IMG/VR virus record: IMGVR_UViG_3300032236_000862
Span: 1-64,000 of that record
DNA length: 64,000 nucleotides
Strand: one strand, 5' to 3'
Origin: a virus
In this document: one piece after another, positions 39,201 through 47,177 of the stretch
How positions within the stretch are numbered: position 1 is the first letter of the stretch
Layout: the number at the start of each line of letters is the position of its first letter
Translations under genes and position numbers: made by a program
The notes under the pieces: model-generated
The model's input: only the letters and a program-made list of their open reading frames with translations
What the model was told of the DNA's origin: nothing
Databases searched by the model: none

Positions 39201-39655
39201 GTAGATTTTTCAATGGCTGTGCGTACAGAACGATCTGGTTCAGGAGCTGCAGGTCCAGTAGGGCGTAATGTCTCATCTGTATCAACAGCTTCGCCGTTAC
39301 GTTCACGCATAGATGTGGTCAACAAGTCTTGCTTCTGTTCATTTGCTACATCTTGCAAAGCTTCTTCATGAGCAACGTTTACAGCGTCTTTTCCACGATT
39401 ACGTGTTACTGCTTCACGTACTCTGTTCTTACTACGGTCAGACTTAATCTGTTGAACAATAAGACCGGAATCTCCACCAAAATCAGCAGTAGCGCCTCCG
39501 CCTGTGCGGTTAGCCTCTTCTTCTGGACTAACTTGTGCTCCTGACATAGGCAGAGCAAGTTGCGGTGTCTGACCCTTCTTAGTAACAGCTACTGGTAGCT
39601 CTAAAGCGTTGCGTCCTCCGGCAATGCGCTTCTTAAATGCATCAAATTGACCCAT
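36284..39655 (-). CDS. Large hydrophilic low-complexity protein (candidate internal/ejected virion protein)
   Basis: About 1120 aa, charged, probably largely disordered; start MGQFDAF with AAGGA RBS. Confidence 0.6.
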   Translation of the reverse strand: MGQFDAFKKRIAGGRNALELPVAVTKKGQTPQLALPMSGAQVSPEEEANRTGGGATADFGGDSGLIVQQIKSDRSKNRVREAVTRNRGKDAVNVAHEEALQDVANEQKQDLLTTSMRERNGEAVDTDETLRPTGPAAPEPDRSVRTAIEKSTGIAQTRAPGNSARLTGFAMGVDPEAAYRDRAYDENREDLLAGEREFNQKMRAEGSTLRSEGGMSYEHPEAGTTSEFLDLRKDVLSATSQKWKPSPEKEKKTDPHKKFSEINAPVETIESVIPESRNANKGTPVGDRPERPGESTGAVRGERATLDKVSGGYNEAVESGAPSSNEDDEIRSGSGKDVVAKESSADASPGEEVDTSVNPETVGLEDHEGGEEDNKENSNDEGKDKKGANWAGAGFTNSAAKNSAPYAPPMSWAYATHHEEEKNPDGTPRMLTRAERQDRLDKALTAYGAKDAWRSAQIAGSNKKGEFDANANAIKPAKDWSEQDLWDEEGNVKPEYDINSDHFDEKGQPVKPGANPLATTTISEYTPTFKSPTHEKMFKARNKALASLNEKHEAERASVPMDASSQHLRGLSIRHMNERAAVEEMHKEPEGGYFNEEGAKAYKDTKTVASPLSVPAEPKEERAGSARNIVNISTATEGDRDRSIEDIENEDEARRASRVNVAGVHQLDQNKLPGAATPGESKEQELIRKGKFQGQINTGVSTGTFVSRNSPEIIERGKRLAKKLDPNVDVNDPMFETGIHAKAAYVMHHAGIAEDKEGTSDYEHLKKFTGTNEANFAANLHEAYQTINEQERFKSGKQTTYSAANGTLNPTTDYFRTKSGEKVSLANTSHPEHPGEELTGSESRFQGFHGDANDPKGIRPTGYGVVGKGSAGGSVEYWHQGWHPYTDEAGHRVFEKHDVTGATHMGDVYKDAIKKGRSFGRMIGSLKRGSKITYRAGQDGPLQSFTSPSPDHQNHVANGINSPTCPACSKTSSANSRANSRDAASAFDPESLDAKIMSHNLAVRAGEAEGPERAPTAESAAIMVNGKIVPKVDSGIKNLNEEGQEVLPKADRSEGRFIDVSTSAGATKARKNLGNAGFSGRPAANTDIDAARAAGHISKSEALELKVSSGSLPSDKSQFKDED

Positions 39656-39659
39656 AGTA

Positions 39660-40739
39660 TTATTCCTTTTCCTGTCCTGCGCTGAACTCGCCAATGCGAG
39701 TAGAATCACCAAACGTATTTAGACCGGCTTTACGATGCACCTGCTCTGCAGACATGCTGTAATTTCCTGTGCCAGAACCAAATGAGTTGTCACCCATGTG
39801 ATCATTTGCTTCTTCATCTGTAATTAGGCCTGCGATATGTGCTTGAGCAACATCATACCTAGATGCTTTGTGTTCTGGTGCGTCAAATGGAGAAGGTGTG
39901 CGTGTAGGTGCGGGCTTAAATGCTTCACCAAGAGATGGAAGCGGTGAACCAAACACTGGCTTGGATGGCCCGTTATGAGCACGGTCTATCTCAGCATCAC
40001 TATCTGGGGAGTCTTTTAAAATAGGGTTAAAAATTCTTGCATGAGCAGGACTTAAATCGGCTGCTTCACCCATGGTGATGTGTCCACCGGCAAATGCTTC
40101 AGATACTTCATCTGGGTGTGGTGTTGATCCATCAACAGCAGCTGGGGCAGAAAATGCTTTAGCTCCTGATGCTGCGGGTGTTACCTCTTCAAATTGATTT
40201 GGTGTACGTGTTGGAGGAGTATTATCATCTTCTACATCAGTAACATTCTCAGTGCCTGTCTCTTTATCAGCACCCTTTGTAACTTTAGTAGAGTCGTACA
40301 TTTCCTTTTGAAGGTTAGCTCCAATAATACCGTTACCCAAGCTACCTTTATCTAAACCTGCTAGCTGTGCATGTTGCCAGTGTGCTTTAGCTCCTGCAAG
40401 TTTTGCTGCTTCAAATTCAGGAGTACCCTCTTTATGTCCAGAGGCACGAGCAGCGGCAAGGCCGTAGTGCTCACTATTTTGTTCAAAATTAATACCTGCA
40501 CCAGCTAATGGGGCGGCTACCTTGTAAACTTCTTTATTCTTGTTCTCAGTGTCCCTATGCTTATGAGCAAGTTCGTCACGTTCGATACGCTGTTGTTGGC
40601 CGTAGTCCATGACAAGCTTCTGTAGGGCAAACTTTTGCTTGACAGATCGGTTACTACCCCGAGCCCCTCTAAGCATACCTAGGTAGTTAATACCACCTGG
40701 TTGAACAATGTTCTGTCCGCCGGCGCTATTCAGGTTCAT
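39660..40739 (-). CDS. Hydrophilic hypothetical protein
   Basis: ORF track; shares a short motif with the next gene. Confidence 0.6.
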   Translation of the reverse strand: MNLNSAGGQNIVQPGGINYLGMLRGARGSNRSVKQKFALQKLVMDYGQQQRIERDELAHKHRDTENKNKEVYKVAAPLAGAGINFEQNSEHYGLAAARASGHKEGTPEFEAAKLAGAKAHWQHAQLAGLDKGSLGNGIIGANLQKEMYDSTKVTKGADKETGTENVTDVEDDNTPPTRTPNQFEEVTPAASGAKAFSAPAAVDGSTPHPDEVSEAFAGGHITMGEAADLSPAHARIFNPILKDSPDSDAEIDRAHNGPSKPVFGSPLPSLGEAFKPAPTRTPSPFDAPEHKASRYDVAQAHIAGLITDEEANDHMGDNSFGSGTGNYSMSAEQVHRKAGLNTFGDSTRIGEFSAGQEKE

Positions 40740-40944
40740 CTGAGGTTCCTATCTGTTCCGAGAGCAAAAGTTTAGCAACTCCGCCTTGTTCTGTAAGGGC
40801 TTGAGTGTTTTTATTATAGTGGTGCAGGCAAAAGGCCAAATCCCCATATGGAAGGGATACTACAACCTGGGCCCTAGCAGAACAGCCGTCACACTGGATT
40901 CTGCCCTGAGAGGGGGTTTCAACTTCCAGAACGGTCTGAGTCAT
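40726..40944 (-). CDS. Small Zn-binding protein
   Basis: CDGC...FC.HH; leaderless start. Confidence 0.65.
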   Translation of the reverse strand: MTQTVLEVETPSQGRIQCDGCSARAQVVVSLPYGDLAFCLHHYNKNTQALTEQGGVAKLLLSEQIGTSDEPE

Positions 40945-40967
40945 GGGGCTATTCTACCCGTTAAAGC

Positions 40968-40994
40968 AAAAAGCCGGGAGCGTTAACTCCCGGC
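40968..40994 (-). terminator. Rho-independent terminator
   Basis: GCCGGGAG/CTCCCGGC stem followed by TTTTT. Confidence 0.8.
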
Positions 40995-41011
40995 CAATTG
41001 TTTTTAGGCTA

Positions 41012-41992
41012 TTAGGCCCAAGGTGTGATTGTAACTGCGGTACCTGCTGCAATTGAAGCTGCACCGGCTGCGACGCTCTGGGTCTTGATTGTTCCAGTTG
41101 TACCAGCGACTGTACCAGCAACCAAGCCTGTGAGGGCAAGAGCTGTTGTACCGCCAGATACGAATGAAACTGTGTTAGTTGCGTTAGCTGTTACTGTCCA
41201 AGTACCGTTAAGTTCAGTACCTGAGTTAGTAAGAGACGCAACTGTAATCTTTGTACCAACTGGGAATGCTGCACCAGCACCTGTAGCGGTGAGTGTTGCA
41301 GTTGCTGAGCCAGCAGTACGTGAAGCGGCTGTTACTGAGATTGGTGTGTTTGTAGCAGCTGTAGCTGTTGTTGGTGCCAACTCAATGTTGGTTAGCTCAG
41401 CTGTAGCATTAGCTGTTGTCTGTCCAAGAACTGATAGGACAGATACATAAGCAACGCCGCCAACGTATGAACCGTCTGAATCAGCAGCACCAGCACCAAG
41501 CTGTGCGATAGCTGTCTGACCTGTGATTGATACGCCTGAACCAGCTGCGTTAGTTACTGTGAACTGATAAGCAGTAGCTGTAGCGATTGTTGCGTTTGTT
41601 AGGTTAAATGCTGAGTTTGTGCAACCAGTGATGGTTACGTTCTGTCCTGGTGCAAACAAGAAGTTAGGGTTCTGAGCTGTGTAGGTTACGGTTGTTCCGT
41701 CGCCCTTAGCAGCTGTTACACGAAGAACAGGATCTGCAGCAATAAATCCTGGGTGACCTGAGTAGTCAGCTTCTACGATAGCGTGGCTATCATAAGCATA
41801 GTTAAGAAGGGCTGAGGCTACTGTTGAAGTATTTGTCCAACCAACGTTCTGTGAACCGCCAACGGTTACAGTTGCTGTTGGTGTACCGGCTGTACGCTGA
41901 TCATTTGGCTGGATAGGGAAGTTACCCCATACAAAGTCAACTGCTACGTTACCGGCATCGTCAAGGCGATTGCCTTCGAGGCTATTTGCCAT
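41012..41992 (-). CDS. Ala/Thr-rich virion protein with a split PASTA-like domain
   Basis: V.SVLG.T...A...L....L and GTIK.QS.AAG...G.AV.I, with inserted beta modules. Confidence 0.6.
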   Translation of the reverse strand: MANSLEGNRLDDAGNVAVDFVWGNFPIQPNDQRTAGTPTATVTVGGSQNVGWTNTSTVASALLNYAYDSHAIVEADYSGHPGFIAADPVLRVTAAKGDGTTVTYTAQNPNFLFAPGQNVTITGCTNSAFNLTNATIATATAYQFTVTNAAGSGVSITGQTAIAQLGAGAADSDGSYVGGVAYVSVLSVLGQTTANATAELTNIELAPTTATAATNTPISVTAASRTAGSATATLTATGAGAAFPVGTKITVASLTNSGTELNGTWTVTANATNTVSFVSGGTTALALTGLVAGTVAGTTGTIKTQSVAAGAASIAAGTAVTITPWA

Positions 41993-42062
41993 TATGTTAC
42001 CTTTTTCTCTAGAGAGGGTTAAAGTCCCATGCGCTTGGGACTAGAGAATAGTAACAGAGAGA

Positions 42063-42629
42063 CTAGCCTTCTTGTACGTAAGTGTGAATTTCTCCGCCCG
42101 AATAAATGTCATGTTTGATGGCAATTTCAATTGCTTTCTTTAAAATCTTCTCGGCAGCCTCAGGAGTTGTAGCTCTTGTATAGTTCAAAGCTTCCAAAGC
42201 ACCCAGTGCTAGGTCTCCGCCGCTACCTGAGTAGTATACGTTACGAGCTTCACGGTCCCAGCTGTAGTCATTGAAGATAGGGTAGATGACGCCACAGATG
42301 GATACGATTAACTGAGAGTCATGCTCTGCAGCCGCTCCATCATCTTTACCTTCATAGCCTGCATCCTGAAAAGCTTTGCGTAGTGAAGGTATGAACTTAT
42401 TTGTCATAAATAAGTCTAGGTTCTCATTGACACGGGGTTTTGGGGCTTTCCAACCGAATTGTGCAATGTTGCCACCACGAGATGCGCCGGATACTGCAAT
42501 AAGGGCACCGTTGTTCTCTACGATCTTATGAGTAGCAAGATCCATAAAACGTCCACCCTCATCGGATGCACGTGAGTCACAGCCTATAACGGACCAACCA
42601 TCACCTTGGATTGCGGCAAGCGTAGTCAT
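42063..42629 (-). CDS. Ntn-hydrolase protease (HslV/proteasome beta-like)
   Basis: M-T-T start, D.R, K, GSGG..ALGAL, D..SGG. Confidence 0.85.
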   Translation of the reverse strand: MTTLAAIQGDGWSVIGCDSRASDEGGRFMDLATHKIVENNGALIAVSGASRGGNIAQFGWKAPKPRVNENLDLFMTNKFIPSLRKAFQDAGYEGKDDGAAAEHDSQLIVSICGVIYPIFNDYSWDREARNVYYSGSGGDLALGALEALNYTRATTPEAAEKILKKAIEIAIKHDIYSGGEIHTYVQEG

Positions 42630-42664
42630 AGTTCCCTCTCGTCGTGGTACCTAATGGTAGCAGG

Positions 42665-43057
42665 TTACTCTTCAAAACCCAACTCAAAGTTTTGGCTGCG
42701 GGTACGTGGGAGATTGCCGTAATTGACTACTTGCCATGGCCAATTAGCTAGAACTGTATCTACGTAGTCGTTGGTAGACACGGAGTTTACTAGGATTGAC
42801 CACATATCGGGGGTTACCTGGTCGTATTGGATCCAGGTGTAGTTATCCCGCATGATTATCACTAAAGTTTCGTTGTTTGGGTTATACCCAGCCTTCATAG
42901 CTCTAGGACGTGGGCCACCAGAGGTAGGGGCGTATATCTCCTCATAGCCGGGCCCAAAGACCCGACTACGATTCGCATCACGATCAATAGCGGATATAGT
43001 CGCAGCGTAGTCCTCATAGCTTGCTGGTTTATACCGGCTGCTTCTATATCTATCCAT
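42665..43057 (-). CDS. KTSC-like protein
   Basis: GYN....L.I..R...W.QY..V....W..L....S. Confidence 0.55.
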   Translation of the reverse strand: MDRYRSSRYKPASYEDYAATISAIDRDANRSRVFGPGYEEIYAPTSGGPRPRAMKAGYNPNNETLVIIMRDNYTWIQYDQVTPDMWSILVNSVSTNDYVDTVLANWPWQVVNYGNLPRTRSQNFELGFEE

Positions 43058-43071
43058 AGGGACAGTTTACC

Positions 43072-43233
43072 TTACTGTCCACCCCAACCGCCGCCTTTAA
43101 AAACGGCGGGGGTCGCTTGAAAAATTTTACTCATAGATTGCTGGCAGCAGACAGGAACGGTGCTATCACCGAACTGTTGGTAGATTTCTTGTACGCCTCC
43201 ACAGACGTTGCACTTATAGTCGTAGTTTGGCAT
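43072..43233 (-). CDS. FmdB-family zinc ribbon protein, 53 aa
   Basis: MP.YDYKC..CG...M.K......FKG.GW. Confidence 0.8.
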   Translation of the reverse strand: MPNYDYKCNVCGGVQEIYQQFGDSTVPVCCQQSMSKIFQATPAVFKGGGWGGQ

Positions 43234-43445
43234 TAGCGGCACTTCATGCATTTCGTATCAACACGGACTTCTCCGTAGTTTACCCAACTCATCTGACCAC
43301 AATGGTTGCAGCGGACTTCTACAGTACCACGCTGTTCAACTTCTTCCTTGTAAGTCTTTCTTGCATGAGGCGAAGCAAACACAAGCCACCCCCAAGCCAA
43401 CAACATCCCACTAATCACACCCAATGTATACATGTAGTTCTCCAT
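43233..43445 (-). CDS. Membrane-anchored Zn-ribbon protein
   Basis: N-terminal hydrophobic segment, two CxxC. Confidence 0.55.
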   Translation of the reverse strand: MENYMYTLGVISGMLLAWGWLVFASPHARKTYKEEVEQRGTVEVRCNHCGQMSWVNYGEVRVDTKCMKCR

Positions 43446-43474
43446 CTTTTTCGGACGCCGGACCGGTGTCAGTA

Positions 43475-43639
43475 CTAATCGTGTATCTGCTGATCCCAGT
43501 AAGGGATTCCATTCTCATCGTAGTCGCCTAGCTTCTCTAGGAGTTCTGCATGCTCTTCCATAGTTCTACGGATAGATTCTGCTAACTTCTTATCCCTACG
43601 TGCGTTATCAATAGCTTCTTTTGCTTCTTCGTTATCCAT
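43475..43639 (-). CDS. Hypothetical protein, 54 aa
   Basis: Hand-translated MDNEEAKEAIDNARR... Confidence 0.5.
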   Translation of the reverse strand: MDNEEAKEAIDNARRDKKLAESIRRTMEEHAELLEKLGDYDENGIPYWDQQIHD

Positions 43640-43720
43640 CGTTATCTTTCTAATATCAAGAAGCCCCTAGCCACGTATTCGCCGTAGAAACTAGGGGCTC
43701 TGCTAATAGTATAGCGTATA

Positions 43721-44233
43721 TTACTTGATCTTGATTACCTTTGGTTGAAGAGCTTCGGGTAGCTCCTGCTCTAGGGTAATACGAAGCAGACCGTCCTTAA
43801 GCTCTGCTCCCTTGACTACGACGTACTCCGCCAGTACGAACTCTTGCTTGAAGTCACGGGTAGCGATTCCCTTATGGATCGGCTCCTTCTTAGATGCCTC
43901 TAATTGGCCTTCTACGGTCAGCTGGAGCTCTTTCACGCTAATGGTGATGTCATCCTTACTAAAACCGGCTACAGCCAGTTCTAGGACGTATGTGTCCTCA
44001 TCCTTGTAGATGTTGTATGGAGGATAGCTTGCTGCCTTAGCTTGGGCTGCGACATGCTTGAATGTATCCAATAGGGGATCAAATCCGATTGCCCATCGGT
44101 TGAACTGTGGGAATAGCGAAGTAATGGTTACTTCTGCTGGAGTTGATACCTTTGGATAGGACTTAGGTGCCCATGGATCTGGAAAACGATCGCTATGTGG
44201 GTCTTTGCCTGGGTTTTGATATGGGTGTGCCAT
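43721..44233 (-). CDS. hsp20: Small heat shock protein Hsp20
   Basis: YPPYNI, ELAVAGF, HKGIA.R.F, L.DGLL.I, I.I tail. Confidence 0.95.
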   Translation of the reverse strand: MAHPYQNPGKDPHSDRFPDPWAPKSYPKVSTPAEVTITSLFPQFNRWAIGFDPLLDTFKHVAAQAKAASYPPYNIYKDEDTYVLELAVAGFSKDDITISVKELQLTVEGQLEASKKEPIHKGIATRDFKQEFVLAEYVVVKGAELKDGLLRITLEQELPEALQPKVIKIK

Positions 44234-44305
44234 GATTAATTTCTCCTTAGACGAAATTAGTTAAGATAGGTAGCCATCCGGCCTACCTGTATATAGTATA
44301 GCCGA

Positions 44306-44857
44306 TTATTCACCAAATTCGCTAACTAAAGCCTCAATACTGGTTCTATCGTTCTTGGTTGCCAGATCAGTGACACCAGAGTCAATGAGCCACCTACCGG
44401 TAGACTCAGCCACCTTTAGGTCCTCCCAATCATCCTTGCTCACCCCAGCATACCTAATGAATGGCGGCTCCCCGGCATTTGACGAAATTCTATTACCTAG
44501 CCCATCTTTGATGACTAGAGTAGGTGCTCTGAAGACTATGACTAGTAACTCCGCAGCTGCATTGTATGCACACTCGATAGCACGGTTTCTCTTATCAGCT
44601 TTCTTTGACTTATCGCTGGTAGGAGCATCAATTACCTCGAAGGAGGATGGCCAGAAGTATCTGCCTTGATAGGTGCTGTAGTTAGCGTTGTACCCACCTA
44701 GGACGTCAGAACTGTTATCAGCATCTGATTCAGCTGCTTGAGCTTCCCGTTCAGCACGCTCACGAGCTGTGCGATCTAGGAGTGACTCACGCTTAGCTGG
44801 ATAGAGCCTACCATTCTTACCTCGATAGTAACCCTCTGGAATGTTATCTTCTGCCAT
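44306..44857 (-). CDS. KTSC-like protein (paralog of 42665-43057)
   Basis: APTS...RA...YN....L.I.FR...Y.GV....W..L....STG. Confidence 0.55.
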   Translation of the reverse strand: MAEDNIPEGYYRGKNGRLYPAKRESLLDRTARERAEREAQAAESDADNSSDVLGGYNANYSTYQGRYFWPSSFEVIDAPTSDKSKKADKRNRAIECAYNAAAELLVIVFRAPTLVIKDGLGNRISSNAGEPPFIRYAGVSKDDWEDLKVAESTGRWLIDSGVTDLATKNDRTSIEALVSEFGE

Positions 44858-45210
44858 GGTGTAACTCTACCACAGGCCACTGCCTGAAGTTATAGTTTCC
44901 TGAGAATTATAAAACCTAGCACCTCTAAAACGTCTCCCTATGATCATAGGACGCTTGGAATCCCCCGCCAATTTTTTAAAATGTAACATGCGTCACTTCG
45001 GCCACTGCCCACCTGTATATAGTCTCAACCCTCCGTCTGGTCTGCCAAAAGCACTAGGCGACGAAGTTTAACCATAGGGGTATCCCATAAGGGGCAGAAG
45101 GAAAGGAAAGAGACTCTCTCGCTCCCTAGCATCAGGTGGTGTTAGCCGTTCGAATCGGTACTAGGGGCGGAATAAGGGAAGTGTAGTACCTTATCCAGAA
45201 AGGTAGACCT

Positions 45211-45717
45211 ATGTCTACAATTCTAGAGGCGTTTCAGCCTATCGCCAAGATAGCCAACTCGTATGAGGAGACTATCGTGTCAATGTCCGCCAAGGCATTT
45301 GCGGATTACCCGCTTGCTAATGTCGGAGATGTTGCTGGTCTATTCAAGACCAAGTCAGCCGTTGACCTAGTCTGGGCAGGTTATATCTGCTCTAAGGCTA
45401 CCAATGCTCAGGGTACACACCTCTCATACGCAGAGGTTAAGCCGTATCTTGAGGCGATTCGGCAGTTCCGCTCGCAAATCACCATTCACGATTCAAGCGT
45501 GATGATGATTGCTGAACTCATCACTTGGGATGCCCAAGTGGTTGAGGCAGATGTAGTGCTTGACCGCCAGTTGAGCACTATCAAGAACGCTCTTGTCAAG
45601 GCTCTTGACGAGACCGTTACGAAAGACCCAGCGAAAGTGGCTCAACTCCGCCTTGACATCTTGGAATTGCTTCCAAAGGTGTTCGCTGTTGAGGCTGGCG
45701 TTCTTCAGAACGCTTAG
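45211..45717 (+). CDS. Hypothetical protein, first plus-strand early gene
   Basis: ORF track; GAAAGG RBS. Confidence 0.7.
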   Translation: MSTILEAFQPIAKIANSYEETIVSMSAKAFADYPLANVGDVAGLFKTKSAVDLVWAGYICSKATNAQGTHLSYAEVKPYLEAIRQFRSQITIHDSSVMMIAELITWDAQVVEADVVLDRQLSTIKNALVKALDETVTKDPAKVAQLRLDILELLPKVFAVEAGVLQNA

Positions 45718-46021
45718 TCTCTAGGAGAGTATGGGGTGTAACGCCCCATACCCTTCCTATGTTCATAGGTAATTGCTATCTATGAGCATAGGTGGGGGAA
45801 TCAGATGGCTTTATGCCTATAACCTGGTGACGTATGTCTGCCACACAGTGCTATGGAACGTTAGCACGCCCCAGAGAGAGTCTCTAGTCCTTTATTCAAC
45901 GAATAGGCCACTGGCCGTATAGCCCTTCCGCTGTGTAGGCGTAAGACCAGGCTATACGGCTGGTGGCTTGTCTATTATCAGGTAGTTCCAAGAACCAACT
46001 ATCTACCTGAGGAGGTAAGAA

Positions 46022-46144
46022 ATGGGTGATAACTGTTATCACTGTGGTGATGTATGTACCTGTTCGATTCGGGATTGGATGTGTGCTGATTGTCAGCGCA
46101 ACGCCTTCTCCTGTGAGTGCGGGTCATATGAAGATGAAGACTAA
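46022..46144 (+). CDS. Cys-rich mini-protein, 40 aa
   Basis: MGDNCYHCGDVCTC...CADC...CECG; GGAGG RBS. Confidence 0.55.
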   Translation: MGDNCYHCGDVCTCSIRDWMCADCQRNAFSCECGSYEDED

Positions 46145-46164
46145 TGCTCAGAAAGGAGCAAACT

Positions 46165-46386
46165 ATGAAGATGATCTATCTCGCATATATCTATGGCTGG
46201 GCTAGTGGAGAGCCATACAACAAGATGCTTGGCGTTTATAGCACTCGTGAGAAGGCTGAGCGTGCCATTAAGCAGTATCTTGCTAAGTACCCTAAAGACT
46301 ACGATGGTGAAGCCTTCGAGTCAGATGTATTCCCTGAGGTGCTGGACTCTTATACAGCCAAGGTAACAAAGGATATGATGCTATGA
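46165..46386 (+). CDS. Hypothetical protein
   Basis: GVYST.EKAE motif; AAGGAG RBS. Confidence 0.65.
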   Translation: MKMIYLAYIYGWASGEPYNKMLGVYSTREKAERAIKQYLAKYPKDYDGEAFESDVFPEVLDSYTAKVTKDMML

Positions 46387-46525
46387 GCCTCCTAGACCCT
46401 ATGCAATCAGGTCTGCCTATCACTATCTTGTGGTTGGGTAGTACCTCTTTCTTCCTCTATGCCTGGTTCACAAGGAATAAGTAGGTTGGGAAGTCCCCGC
46501 CGATTTTTTCAGAAAGGATGCACCT

Positions 46526-46726
46526 ATGGAATGTACTGAGTGCGGTACACCTGTTGACCCTGAGAGATGGGCGATAGGTAAGGACACCTGTCCACCCTGT
46601 GGTAGTGCGCAAGCCAACCACCAGATTAGATCCAATTACAACCTTGTCCTTATGCCTAAGCAAGGCTTTGGCATAGTCACGGCAAATAGCCCTGACTTAC
46701 TCAATGGAAGGAGTTCCGGACGATGA
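46526..46726 (+). CDS. DksA/TraR-like C4 zinc finger protein
   Basis: C..CG..V..ER......C..C. Confidence 0.6.
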   Translation: MECTECGTPVDPERWAIGKDTCPPCGSAQANHQIRSNYNLVLMPKQGFGIVTANSPDLLNGRSSGR

Positions 46727-46941
46727 GCACAGAGAACTGGATTGAACCATACGAATGTATGGAGGATTACCAAGGCCACAACTTCATTGAGTTGGATGGC
46801 AACACCGGCACTATGTTCTGTACCCGATGCCGGATGCGTACCTATGTAGATATCTGTATTGGTATCTGTGGTAAGTCTATTGACCCACGTGATACAGATA
46901 TTGAGCGTGACACTATCTATGTATGGCACACCGCTTGCTAG
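46723..46941 (+). CDS. Cys-rich hypothetical protein
   Basis: ORF track; ATGA overlap. Confidence 0.55.
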   Translation: MSTENWIEPYECMEDYQGHNFIELDGNTGTMFCTRCRMRTYVDICIGICGKSIDPRDTDIERDTIYVWHTAC

Positions 46942-47177
46942 TGCTCCCAACATAAACATTCCCCGCCCATTTTTCCAGGCTGTAGTCTTTGAGAGATACA
47001 CAGGTCGCCACGTGCTGGCGTAAAGGTATTCCTGTGTGTCTCTTACCCTCTACAGAAAGGAAATACTATGTTCGGCTGGCTTATCACCTTCCTGCTTGCA
47101 GGTTGGCTCGTAATGACCCTTATCAACAAGCAGTATGAAATTGACCAAGAAGACTACGATTTTAGAGAGGAAGGACG

